Positions 40,554 to 50,586 of a DNA stretch of 64,000 nucleotides are shown one piece after another. Each line of letters begins with the position of its first letter. Position 1 is the first letter of the stretch. Both the position numbers and the translations under genes were made by a program. Under the pieces are notes generated by a model, which saw nothing but the letters and a program-made list of their open reading frames with translations, was not told the origin of the DNA and ran no database searches. The DNA is from an uncultured bacterium (GTDB lineage Bacteria > Desulfobacterota_D > UBA1144 > Nemesobacterales > UBA2774): the NCBI GenBank assembly GCA_963825135.1, contig CAWGRW010000009.1:1952001-2016000 (forward strand), written 5' to 3'.

Positions 40554-43245
40554 ATGTCGAATGTAAGAGTCTATGAACTCTCAAAAGAATTAAACAAATC
40601 GAACACCGAAATACTTAATGCGGCGAAGGGCCTTGGTATTTCCGTAAAAAGCCACGCAAGTTCCATATCGGAAGAGGAAGCGAAAAAGATAAGGGACAGG
40701 ATAGCATCATACGGCGGTAGCGGTTCGGGGGCCTCTCAAAAAGCCCCGGTGGACGATACCGAAAAAGTCAGGGTCTTCCGAGGGGAGAAAAGGAGAAGAG
40801 GTCGTAGAACGGAGGCAGGGCGAGAAGGTGGTGCTCCGGAGGAAGAAGAAGCTGGAGGAGCCCGTAGAAGAAGTTAAGGAAATTCTATCCCCTGAAGTTG
40901 AGAGAGAGCATGGAGGCGTCGGCAAAGAATTAACGGCAAGGACTGCGGCGCCGGGTGCGGGAGAGGCCCCGGGGCGCCCGATGTCGGAATCGGATTCGCG
41001 GACGGAGCTTTCGCTGTCCCCCGAGGAAATCGCAATAGATGAAGAATTATTCCGTACGGCGTCTGAAGCGGCTCTGGCCGATCAGGACGAAGCCGATCTC
41101 ACCGAAGCCCCGGATCTCGAAGTGATTGCCCGGGGTGTTGCGCCCGAGCCCAAAGCGGGCGAAAAGGCGGAAGGTAAGATTGGAAAGGACGACGCCGACG
41201 AAGCGGCACAGAAGGCCAAGAAGAAGGCGCGCAGGATTAAGCCTAAACGGGAAGAGATTATAGACGAGGATACACTGGAGGAGCTGAGGAAGGCGTTCAG
41301 GACAAAGCTCCCCGGCAGGAAAAGGGAATATCTCGTGGATGACAGGCGCGCGAGGGCGCGCACCTCGACCAGCACCGCACACAAGGACAGGGTCTTTGAC
41401 AGATCGACCAAAGAAATACTCAAAACAAGGGAACATATGCCCGAAGCGATTGAATCAGCCACAGTAATACCCTTCCCGGCGAAACCGGCGAGGCGAGTAG
41501 TCAAGATAGGCGAATCCATTAATCTGGGCGAGCTTGCAAGGATGATGGGTGTAAAGGCCGGTGACCTCATTAAGAAACTCATAACCATGGGCATCAGAAC
41601 GACCCTGAATCAGGCGCTCGACCCCGACACGGCGACGCTGGTCGCCGAGGAATTCGGGTTCGACGTCCAGGTCGAGATATTTGAGGAAAAGGACTTACTG
41701 CTGGAACAATACGCCGAGGATGAGGACAGGATTCTTACCCCCAGACCGCCCGTCGTGACGGTCATGGGTCATGTAGACCACGGGAAAACCACGCTCCTCG
41801 ATGCGATAAGGGAGACGAACGTAGTCGCCGGAGAGGCCGGAGGCATAACGCAGCATATCGGCGCATACTCCGTAGACGTGGACGGGAGGAAGGTGTCCTT
41901 CGTCGACACCCCCGGCCATGAGGCGTTCACCGCTATGAGGGCGCGGGGGGCGAAAATCACCGACGTTGTGATTCTCGTCGTGGCGGCCGATGACGGGGTA
42001 ATGCCCCAGACGGTCGAGGCTGTAAACCACGCCAAAGCGGCCCAGGTCCCGATAATAGTGGCGATAAATAAAATAGACAAACCCGAAGCGAATCAGGAGA
42101 GGATCAAGCGGCAGCTTTCGGAGATCGGCCTCCTGTCGGAGGAATGGGGCGGGGACACCCTTTTCGCCGAGGTCTCGGCGAAGCAAAAGAAGGGCATCAG
42201 GGAATTACTTGAGCTCGTATTGCTCCAGGCCGATATTCTTGAGCTTAAAGCCGATGCGTCCAAGAGGGCGAACGGTTTTGTCATAGAGGCCAAGCTCGAT
42301 AAGGGCAGAGGTCCGGTTGCTACGGTGATAATCAAAGAAGGGACGCTCCGTATCGGGGATTATCTCGTTTCCGGCACGACTTCTGGGAAGGTGCGGGCCC
42401 TTACCGACGATAAAGGCCTGCGGGTAACCGAAGCCGGGCCCTCTATGCCTGTAGAGATAATGGGGATCTCAAACGTGCCCGAGGCGGGGGACCTCTTCTA
42501 CGTCGTCAAGGACGAGAGGTCGGCCAGGGACGTAGTAACCTACAGGGAGATGAAGCAGAGAGAATCAGCGGCGGCGAAGGAAAGGAAACCCTCTCTCGAA
42601 AACCTTTTCGAAAATCTTGAAAAAGAGGAAGCGAAGGAACTGGCGTTGATAATAAAGGCGGACACGCAGGGCTCCGTGGAGGCCGTTACGGAGTCTATAA
42701 GTAAATTGAGCACGGAAAAATGCCAGGTGAAGATTGTTCATACCGGCGTGGGCGCGATAAACGAAACGGACGTCGTCCTTGCCAGCGCTTCAAAAGCCAT
42801 AATTGTCGGGTTTAACGTTCGGCCCGACGTAAAATCCCTTGAGATAGCGGAGAGGGAAGGTGTTTCTCTTGAGCTCCATACAATTATTTATAAGCTGATC
42901 GACAGGGTAAGAGACGCAATGGAGGGCCTCCTCGAGCCTATTGTCAAGGAAAAGATCACGGGTCACGCGGAGGTCAGGGATACATTCAATATATCCAGGA
43001 TAGGCACTATTGCGGGCTGTATGGTAAGCGACGGCAAGATATCCAGGGATAACAGCGTCAGGGTGGTCAGGGACGGGGTCGTCATTTTCGAGGGCAAGCT
43101 CGCTTCGCTCAGGCGCTTTAAGGACGACGTGAAAGAGGTTAATACGGGATACGAGTGCGGTATAGGGGTTGAGCGCTTTAACGACATTAAAGTCGGCGAT
43201 ACGCTTGAGTTCTTCACACACGAACACTTTAAGCAAGAACTCTAA
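40554..43245 (+). CDS. infB: Translation initiation factor IF-2, split by a +1 frameshift near 40788-40791
   Basis: IF2_N ([10 protein letters not shown]...VKSHASSI) in ORF 40554; VVERR...[23 protein letters not shown] and INKID in the +1 frame. Confidence 0.95.
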
Positions 43246-43256
43246 CTTGTGGGTAG

Positions 43257-43547
43257 ATGGTTATAGGCATACTTCGTATTGATTTGTATATGAATGGTAA
43301 CAGATCCCTTAAAGCCAAGAGACAGACATTAAAGAGTCTTATTCAGAGAGTGCAATCCAGGTTTAACAACGTGTCGATATCGGAAGTCGGATCGAACGAC
43401 CTTTGGCAGAAGGCTACGATAGGAATTTCATTCGTCGGTAACGAGTCCAGGTTCGTGAACTCGGTGCTCGATCAGGTAACTCTCTTTATCGAGACGACAG
43501 GGACGGTGGAGATGGGAAACCGCGAATTCGAAATAATACATTTTTAG
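43257..43547 (+). CDS. DUF503 (YlxP-like) protein
   Basis: SLKAKR, NVSISEV...DLWQ; usual position between infB and rbfA. Confidence 0.9.
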   Translation: MVIGILRIDLYMNGNRSLKAKRQTLKSLIQRVQSRFNNVSISEVGSNDLWQKATIGISFVGNESRFVNSVLDQVTLFIETTGTVEMGNREFEIIHF

Positions 43548-43556
43548 GAGACGGAA

Positions 43557-43910
43557 CTGGGGTTAACATTCAAGAGGTCGCAGAGAATTTCTGACGAGAT
43601 AGTAAAAGAAGTATCCGAGATGCTGGTGCGGGGCGAAATAAGGGACCCGCGCGTGAGCGGTGTCTTTATCACCGGCGTAAAGATGGCGGAGAATCTCAGC
43701 ATTGCCGAGATTTTTTTCACCGTTTTGGGCGGCGAGAGTGAGAAGTCGGACGCGCTCGACGGACTCGAGCACGCGAAGGGTTTTGTCCGGAGCAAGCTCG
43801 CGAAAAGGCTCAGGATGAGAAAGGTCCCGGAAATCAGGTTCAGCTTCGATTCCGCGCTTGAAAAGAGTTACAGAGTGGACGAAATATTGAGAGGTATCGC
43901 GAGTGAGTAG
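43557..43910 (+). CDS. rbfA: Ribosome-binding factor A (probable CTG start)
   Basis: KRSQRISDEI..IRDPRV..ITGVK..AKGFVR..LRMRKVPEIRF..D; the conserved N-terminus lies upstream of the first ATG (43620). Confidence 0.92.
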   Translation: MGLTFKRSQRISDEIVKEVSEMLVRGEIRDPRVSGVFITGVKMAENLSIAEIFFTVLGGESEKSDALDGLEHAKGFVRSKLAKRLRMRKVPEIRFSFDSALEKSYRVDEILRGIASE

Positions 43911-44889
43911 CGAGATCGATAGCATACTTGAACTGATAAAGGTCTCGAAAAGGGTGCTTATATCGTCTCACGAAAACCCGGACGGAGATGCCATAGGGTC
44001 TACGCTTGCGCTCGGCCTCGCGCTCGAGCAGATGGGCAAAGAAGTGGTTCTTTATAATAAGGACGGGGTTCCGGAGCTTCTCCGGTTTCTTCCACGATCC
44101 GAAAAGATCCGGGTGTCGTTAAAAGAGGTGGAAGGGACCTTCGATCTGGCTTTCGCCGTGGACTGCACGGGAACAAACAGGGCGGGAGAGGAATTCGAGG
44201 ACTTCCTTAAAACGGGTCGGGGCGGGAAGGTCGTGATAATGGATCATCATCAGACCAACAACTCCTCTGCGGACTTTCGTCTGCTCGACCCTCGCTCCTC
44301 ATCGACGGGAATAATAATCTATTCGGTTCTGAAACGGCTGCCGGTTGAAATAAACGCCGACATCGCGGAAAACATTTATACGACGATCATAGGAGATACG
44401 GGATCATTCAGGTACTCGAATACGAACCCGGACACCTTCAGGGCCGCAGCCGAGCTCGTTGAGCGCGGCGCGGACCCGGCGGAAATATCGCAGGCGCTCT
44501 TCGAAAGCGAGCCGCTCAGGAAATTGAAGCTGATAGGACTTATCCTTCCCACGCTCGATGTGTCGGACGACAAAAAGATCGCTTCGGTTTTCGTAGATAA
44601 ACAAATGTTCGCTGATACCGGCGCAAGAAAGGAAGATACCGAAGGGATAGTGAATATTCCGAGGAGTATCAAGGGGATAGAAGTTGCGCTCATGTTCAGG
44701 GAGGAGACCGGCAAGGACGGCGCTCTCTGGAAGGTCAGCTTCAGATCGAAAGGGGCGGTCGATGTGGCCCGGATAGCCGAGGAATTCGGGGGGGGCGGGC
44801 ACAAGAGGGCGGCCGGCTGCTCTGTTCACGGGACCCTGAGCGAAGCAAAAAGCAGGATAATCGAGTCGATAAGGGAGGTGCTCCCCTGA
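43903..44889 (+). CDS. nrnA: DHH-family oligoribonuclease/PAP phosphatase
   Basis: HENPDGDAIGS, MDHH, DTGSF, GGGGHKRAAG. Confidence 0.92.
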   Translation: MSSEIDSILELIKVSKRVLISSHENPDGDAIGSTLALGLALEQMGKEVVLYNKDGVPELLRFLPRSEKIRVSLKEVEGTFDLAFAVDCTGTNRAGEEFEDFLKTGRGGKVVIMDHHQTNNSSADFRLLDPRSSSTGIIIYSVLKRLPVEINADIAENIYTTIIGDTGSFRYSNTNPDTFRAAAELVERGADPAEISQALFESEPLRKLKLIGLILPTLDVSDDKKIASVFVDKQMFADTGARKEDTEGIVNIPRSIKGIEVALMFREETGKDGALWKVSFRSKGAVDVARIAEEFGGGGHKRAAGCSVHGTLSEAKSRIIESIREVLP

Positions 44890-45797
44890 ACGGTGTGATC
44901 ATTCTCGACAAGCCCAAGGGCATAACTTCCCAAGCGGCTGTAAATACAGTAAATAAACTTCTCAAAACGAAGCGCGCAGGGCATACGGGGACACTCGACC
45001 CGTTTGCCACGGGTGTTCTTCCTATCTGTGTCAACGGAGCGACCAAGATAATACCGTTCATGAATAGCGGTTTTAAAAAGTACGAGGCGCTCTTGAAGCT
45101 TGGCGTGAAGACGGACACGCTCGATGAAACCGGCGTGGTATTAGAGGAAATGGAAACAGGTATTATTAATAATTCCGAGCTATTAGGTGCATTTTCGAAA
45201 TACAAGGGTAAAATTAATCAAATTCCGCCTATGTATTCCGCCCTGAAAAAGGACGGTGTTCGGTTGTATGACTATGCCAGGCGGGGCATAGAGGTTGAGA
45301 GGGCGGAACGAACCGTAATAATAAACGAGCTCGAAATACTGAATTTCAGTCCCCCCTTTGTCAGATTTGTGGTAGAATGTTCCCGCGGCACGTACATTAG
45401 AGTGCTAGCGGCGGACATTGCGGACGAGCTCGGGTGCGGGGGACATCTTACGGAGTTGAGGAGAATCGAAAGCGACGGCTTTAAAATAGACGACGCTGTA
45501 ACCCTCGAAGACATCAGAAACGGCGGTGTGGAGTTGACCCCGCTTGACGAAGCTCTCCCCCATATGAAGCGGATTGACATAGACAGGGAGCTTGCGGCCG
45601 AGATAAGGCAGGGCAAGCAGTTGAGAAAGTTCAGCCTGGAGAAGATGAACATATCCGATTTCACGGCCGGAGAGAGGATCAAGTTATATGAGGGTTCGGC
45701 CCTCGTTTCGATCACCGAAGCCGTTATGGATTCGGGTGAGGCGGCGGACATGGACGGCGGTGTCGTAGTATTCAGGCTGCTCAGGGTTTTTAATTGA
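44886..45797 (+). CDS. truB: tRNA pseudouridine(55) synthase (probable CTG start)
   Basis: NGVIILDKPKGITS, GHTGTLDPFATGVL, PPMYSA, CSRGTYIR. Confidence 0.96.
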   Translation: MNGVIILDKPKGITSQAAVNTVNKLLKTKRAGHTGTLDPFATGVLPICVNGATKIIPFMNSGFKKYEALLKLGVKTDTLDETGVVLEEMETGIINNSELLGAFSKYKGKINQIPPMYSALKKDGVRLYDYARRGIEVERAERTVIINELEILNFSPPFVRFVVECSRGTYIRVLAADIADELGCGGHLTELRRIESDGFKIDDAVTLEDIRNGGVELTPLDEALPHMKRIDIDRELAAEIRQGKQLRKFSLEKMNISDFTAGERIKLYEGSALVSITEAVMDSGEAADMDGGVVVFRLLRVFN

Positions 45798-45853
45798 AGA
45801 TATTAATTCGGGAAATTGAAATAACTCACATAGTAGATTAAGGAGGGCATTTG

Positions 45854-46123
45854 ATGTCTATCGATAAGGAAGAGAAAACTCAAATAATAAACGAGTTTGC
45901 GCTACACCAGAACGATGTCGGTTCGCCCGAGGTTCAGGTCGCGATTCTTTCGCGCAGGATAAAGGAACTGTCTCTTCATACTGAAAAGTCCCCGAAAGAC
46001 CATCATTCGAGAAGGGGTCTCGTATCGCTCGTCGCGAGGAGAAGAAGACTGTTGAATTACATCAGAAAAAACAAACCGGAAACATACCCGGATCTCATAC
46101 AGAAACTCGGACTTAGAAAGTAA
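45854..46123 (+). CDS. rpsO: 30S ribosomal protein S15
   Basis: DVGSPEVQVA, KDHHSRRGL, LGLRK. Confidence 0.98.
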   Translation: MSIDKEEKTQIINEFALHQNDVGSPEVQVAILSRRIKELSLHTEKSPKDHHSRRGLVSLVARRRRLLNYIRKNKPETYPDLIQKLGLRK

Positions 46124-46143
46124 GGTTCAAAGGAGGACCAGTT

Positions 46144-48261
46144 TTGACTATAGAACCAAAAAAGGTTGAGGCAAGGATTTTTGATAAGCGTTATGTGCTT
46201 GACACCGGATCACTTGCGAGACAGGCCAACGGAGCCGTATTCGCGCGTTACGAAGACACAGCGGTTCTGGCTACAGTCGTGGCCCTGGACGAAAAATCGG
46301 AAGGGGAGGATTTCCTTCCTTTAACGATCAATTATCAGGAAAAATCTTCCGCGGCCGGAAAGATACCGGGCGGGTATTTCAAACGGGAGGGGAGGCCGAA
46401 CGAAAAGGAAGTCCTGACTTCGAGGCTTATAGACAGGCCGATCAGACCGCTTATCCCGAGCGATTTTACATATCAGACGCAGATTATAATTACCGTATTC
46501 TCGGCCGACGCCGACCACGATCCCGATGTACTTTCTCTCACTGCGGCCTCTGCCGCGCTCATGGTATCGGACATCCCGTTTGACGGTCCGCTTGCGGCGG
46601 TAAGGGTAGGCAGGGTGGGGGGCGCATTCATCTGCAACCCCACGAAAAAGGATCTCGCCGAGAGCGATATGAACATCGTCGTCGCCGGGACAAGAGAAGC
46701 AATCGTCATGGTCGAGGGCGGGGCGAATGAAGTGCCCGAACCCGAAATAGTCGACGCTCTCATGTTCGCGCATAACTGTATCCAGGAGTTCATAAAGCTC
46801 CAGGAGGATTTAATATCCGGACTGGATATTCAGAAAAGGGTATTAGAGCAGCCGGCCGCCGGGAACCCGATCGAGGCCGAGGTACTCGCTTTTGCCGGTC
46901 AGAAATTAAAGGAAACTCTGATATCCGCGTCCAAGGCGGATAGAAAGCAGCGTATCAAGAACATTCACGCTGAGACGGAGGAACATATTAAATCTCTCCA
47001 TCCTGACGAGGAAGTGAGTGTTTCGAAGCCGTTTGAAAAGATATTAAAGGAACTGGTGAGGGAGCTTATAGTTAAAGACAAGACGAGACTCGACGGGAGG
47101 GGGTACGCCGACATAAGGCACATCTACGGCGAAGTCGGATTCCTGTCCCGGGCCCACGGATCGGCCCTCTTTACCAGGGGAGAGACCCAGGCGGCCGTTA
47201 CCGCGACGCTCGGCACCACGTACGACGAACAGAGGATAGACTCCCTCGAAGGCGACATCACAAAGACGTTCATGCTCCACTACAACTTCCCTCCCTACAG
47301 CGTGGGCGAGGTGAGTTTCAGGCTCGGGCCGGGACGGCGTGAGATAGGCCACGGGGCGCTTGCGGAAAGGTCTATAATTCCCGTGCTCCCGAAAAAAGAT
47401 CAATTCCCCTATACTATAAGGATCGTATCCGACGTCCTGGAATCAAACGGCTCGTCCTCCATGGCTACGGTATGCGGCGCGACTCTGTCGTTGATGGACG
47501 CGGGTGTTCCGATATCCGCTCCCGTAGGCGGCATAGCCATGGGTCTTATCAAGGAAGGGGACGACTTCGTTATCCTCACCGACATACTCGGGGACGAAGA
47601 CCACCTCGGGGATATGGATTTCAAGGTGGCCGGCACGAAGAGCGGGGTGACCGCGCTCCAGATGGACATCAAAACGACCGGGGTTACGAAGGAGATACTC
47701 ACGGCCGCTCTCGAGCAGGCGAAGACCGCGCGGCTTGTGGTTCTCGATAAAATGAGCGGAATTCTTAACGAGCCCAGAGAGGACATATCCTCCTACGCGC
47801 CCAGAATAATCACGATACAGATAAGCCAGGACAAGATAAAGGACGTGATAGGCTCCGGCGGAAAGACCATCAAGAAGATCGTCGAGATAACAGGCGTGCA
47901 GATAGATATAGACGATTCAGGCAGGGTGAATATCGCCTCGCCCGACAGGGAGGCCTGCGATAAGGCGGTCAGGATTGTCCAGGGCATCGTCGAGGAAATC
48001 GAGGTCGGGAAGGTATACCGCGGGACCGTAAAGAGGATACTCGATTTCGGAGCTATCGTGGAGCTGGGATACGGGAAGGACGGTCTTGTCCATATATCCG
48101 AGCTCGCCCCGACGAGGGTAAAGAACGTCACCGACATCCTTCAGGAGAAGGACGAGGTTCTCGTAAGGTGCATAGGCAAGGAGCACGACGGCAAGATAAG
48201 GCTCAGCAGGAAACAGGCCCTTGACGAGAATATAGAGAATTACACTAATAGCGCGATATAA
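46144..48261 (+). CDS. pnp: Polynucleotide phosphorylase
   Basis: RLIDRPIRP, FTRGETQ, RREIGHG, ESNGSSSMA, GDMDFKVAG; KH and S1 domains. Confidence 0.98.
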   Translation: MTIEPKKVEARIFDKRYVLDTGSLARQANGAVFARYEDTAVLATVVALDEKSEGEDFLPLTINYQEKSSAAGKIPGGYFKREGRPNEKEVLTSRLIDRPIRPLIPSDFTYQTQIIITVFSADADHDPDVLSLTAASAALMVSDIPFDGPLAAVRVGRVGGAFICNPTKKDLAESDMNIVVAGTREAIVMVEGGANEVPEPEIVDALMFAHNCIQEFIKLQEDLISGLDIQKRVLEQPAAGNPIEAEVLAFAGQKLKETLISASKADRKQRIKNIHAETEEHIKSLHPDEEVSVSKPFEKILKELVRELIVKDKTRLDGRGYADIRHIYGEVGFLSRAHGSALFTRGETQAAVTATLGTTYDEQRIDSLEGDITKTFMLHYNFPPYSVGEVSFRLGPGRREIGHGALAERSIIPVLPKKDQFPYTIRIVSDVLESNGSSSMATVCGATLSLMDAGVPISAPVGGIAMGLIKEGDDFVILTDILGDEDHLGDMDFKVAGTKSGVTALQMDIKTTGVTKEILTAALEQAKTARLVVLDKMSGILNEPREDISSYAPRIITIQISQDKIKDVIGSGGKTIKKIVEITGVQIDIDDSGRVNIASPDREACDKAVRIVQGIVEEIEVGKVYRGTVKRILDFGAIVELGYGKDGLVHISELAPTRVKNVTDILQEKDEVLVRCIGKEHDGKIRLSRKQALDENIENYTNSAI

Positions 48262-48352
48262 GAGAATAGCCCGTTCCCGGCCCGTATATATGCGTATCAG
48301 GGCCGGTGACTTCCGTTTGCGTATTCTCTGATTTATTTTTAACAAGCCTAAA

Positions 48353-49282
48353 GTGAAATCTGAAAAACCCAAGCTTTTTGTCATTCTGGGGCCGACCGCC
48401 TCGGGTAAAAGCAAACTGGGCATGGATATTGCTGAGAGTCTACGCTCCGAGATAGTGAGCGCCGACTCTCTTCAAGTCTATAGACACCTCGACATAGGCA
48501 CCGCCAAGCCGACGCCCGAAGAGCGCCGGGCGGTATGCCATCACCTGATCGATATAATTGACCCCGATGAGGAATTCAACGCCGGGAGGTACAGGGAATC
48601 CGCCCGCCCCGTAATCGAAGGGCTCCACGGCTCGGGGAAGAATATAATCGTTCTGGGCGGGACCTATCTATATATCAAGGTCCTCCTTTCCGGGCTTATC
48701 GAAGACCTCCCCGCGGACTCAAAAATCAGGAACAGCCTTAAAAAGCTGAGGTCCGAATTCGGCACAGAGTATGTGTATGAGAGACTGAAGTCATTCGACC
48801 CCGAGGCCGCCCTCAGGATACATCCGAACGATTACGTTCGGGCGGAAAGGGCGCTCGAAGTGCTCTACTCGACGGGGGAGAAGATGTCCTGCCTCCAGTC
48901 TCTCCACGAGTTCGGGGAGAGGGACTACGAATACGTCAAGATCGGAATAGCGGTCGAGCGCGAGGATCTGCGGGGCCGGATCGACGCGAGGGTCGATAAA
49001 ATGATGCGCGAAGGGCTCGTCGATGAGGTCAGAGGACTCAGGCGGATGGGATACGGACCTGAGTTAAAACCCATGCAGTCGATAGGGTATAAAGAGATTA
49101 ACCGGCACCTGGACGGAGAGATCGGGCTCGATCGGGCCGTAGAGCTTATAAAGCGCGACACCAGGCGTTTCGCGAAGCGTCAGATGACCTGGCTCAGGAG
49201 AGACAAGGAGATAAGCTGGTTCGAGCTCCCCCGGGATTATGAAAAGGCGCTCGATACCGCCCGTGCCTTTTTCGAGAGCTGA
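48353..49282 (+). CDS. miaA: tRNA dimethylallyltransferase
   Basis: GPTASGKS, DSLQVY..LDIGTAKP, SIGYKE, TRRFAKRQMTW. Confidence 0.97.
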   Translation: MKSEKPKLFVILGPTASGKSKLGMDIAESLRSEIVSADSLQVYRHLDIGTAKPTPEERRAVCHHLIDIIDPDEEFNAGRYRESARPVIEGLHGSGKNIIVLGGTYLYIKVLLSGLIEDLPADSKIRNSLKKLRSEFGTEYVYERLKSFDPEAALRIHPNDYVRAERALEVLYSTGEKMSCLQSLHEFGERDYEYVKIGIAVEREDLRGRIDARVDKMMREGLVDEVRGLRRMGYGPELKPMQSIGYKEINRHLDGEIGLDRAVELIKRDTRRFAKRQMTWLRRDKEISWFELPRDYEKALDTARAFFES

Positions 49283-49345
49283 TTACGTGACACTCACTTT
49301 CTTCCGCGATCCATCCGCCCTGCAAACGAACAAAACAATCCTCCC

Positions 49346-49846
49346 TCACGACTCGCGCTTTTTCAGCTCCTCGTCGATCCTGAGCAGGTAATCGCTGTCG
49401 GTCACAGGCTTTTCAGTCCTTCTCCCGGAGTCCCCGGCGCTTTTTTTGCCGGACTGGGATTTATAGAGATATATCCCTATGCCTAGCCCGCCGAATATTA
49501 TCGCGAGCCCCGGCAGGACCCACAGGAGCCAGTTCACGCCCCTGGGCGGCGGGGAGGCGAGTATGGTCTCCCCGTACTTGCTGACGAAATACGCAATTAC
49601 TTCATCTTTCGATTTACCTTCCTCGAGCTGTTTTCTTATGATCTGTCTCATATCCTGGGCGAGGTTGGAGTTCGATTCGGCGACGCTCTGTCCCTGGCAG
49701 ACCGGGCACATCAGCAGATGGGCGATCTCGTTGACGCGGTCGTCGAGGCTTTCAGCCGGGGAAAGCCGGGGCTGTAACATCATCGTAAACACCATCAAAA
49801 TCGTTAACGCGCTTAAAGTTTTATAAAAGCTGCTCATGGTTCTCAA
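49346..49846 (-). CDS. ccmH: Cytochrome c biogenesis protein CcmH/NrfF
   Basis: LMCPVCQGQSVAESN, KYGETIL..PP, LLWVLP. Confidence 0.9.
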   Translation of the reverse strand: MRTMSSFYKTLSALTILMVFTMMLQPRLSPAESLDDRVNEIAHLLMCPVCQGQSVAESNSNLAQDMRQIIRKQLEEGKSKDEVIAYFVSKYGETILASPPPRGVNWLLWVLPGLAIIFGGLGIGIYLYKSQSGKKSAGDSGRRTEKPVTDSDYLLRIDEELKKRES

Positions 49847-49861
49847 GTTTCCCTTATGTCT

Positions 49862-50419
49862 TCAGTTCATAGATGGTCGATCTTGTCCGTTCCCCGTCGC
49901 CCTCTTTATATAATAATCGATTATTTCTCCGGTCAGAGGGCCGTCGTACTTATCCGTAATCATACCCGAAGGACTAATGAAAAACGTCTCGGGCACCCCC
50001 CCTATACCGTAATCGACCTGGATCTCTTCTTCGGGGTCGATTCCCTGCGGGTATCCGCCGCCTAACTTCTCGATGTACGAGGCGGCGCTTGAGTCTTCAT
50101 CCCAGACATTAACTCCGATAAATACTACGTTCTTATCTCTATATTTTTGCCAGGCTTCCTCCAGGGCCGGAGATTCCTGCCTGCACGGCATGCACCAGGA
50201 CGCCCAGAAATTCAGAAGCACCGTTTTCCCCCTGAGTTCCGAGAGGCTGAGTCTTTTCCCGTCGAAAAGCTTGAGAGTAAATGCCGGGGCCTCTTTGTCG
50301 ACGACGGGGGAAATCTTTACCGTTTCCTTGTCCCCGAACAAGGCATAACCGAGCAGGGCCAGCACGAGGATTATTACTATCAGAACCGCGATCTTTGTGC
50401 CTGTATTCAATATGCTCAT
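49862..50419 (-). CDS. TlpA/CcmG-type thiol-disulfide oxidoreductase
   Basis: TM anchor, LNFWASWCMPC, GVPETFFI; upstream of ccmH. Confidence 0.9.
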   Translation of the reverse strand: MSILNTGTKIAVLIVIILVLALLGYALFGDKETVKISPVVDKEAPAFTLKLFDGKRLSLSELRGKTVLLNFWASWCMPCRQESPALEEAWQKYRDKNVVFIGVNVWDEDSSAASYIEKLGGGYPQGIDPEEEIQVDYGIGGVPETFFISPSGMITDKYDGPLTGEIIDYYIKRATGNGQDRPSMN

Positions 50420-50586
50420 GTACCCTTCCCGAATCGTTAATTTCTTTGATATTATAGCCAACTACTGGAATCTTTCATCCCCGGGGGCCGCTGATCGGTG
50501 ATATTTCCGCATTTAATCCGTTAAGGGCTTTTTTCCGGCAGTTGTGATATAATATTTGTTCGGAATTCTGGGTCCCGCCAGCACAC

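Noticed and set aside
40554..40877. Independent 107-aa gene upstream of infB
   Set aside because: It is the IF-2 N-terminus; the tail after the shift point is out-of-frame sequence.
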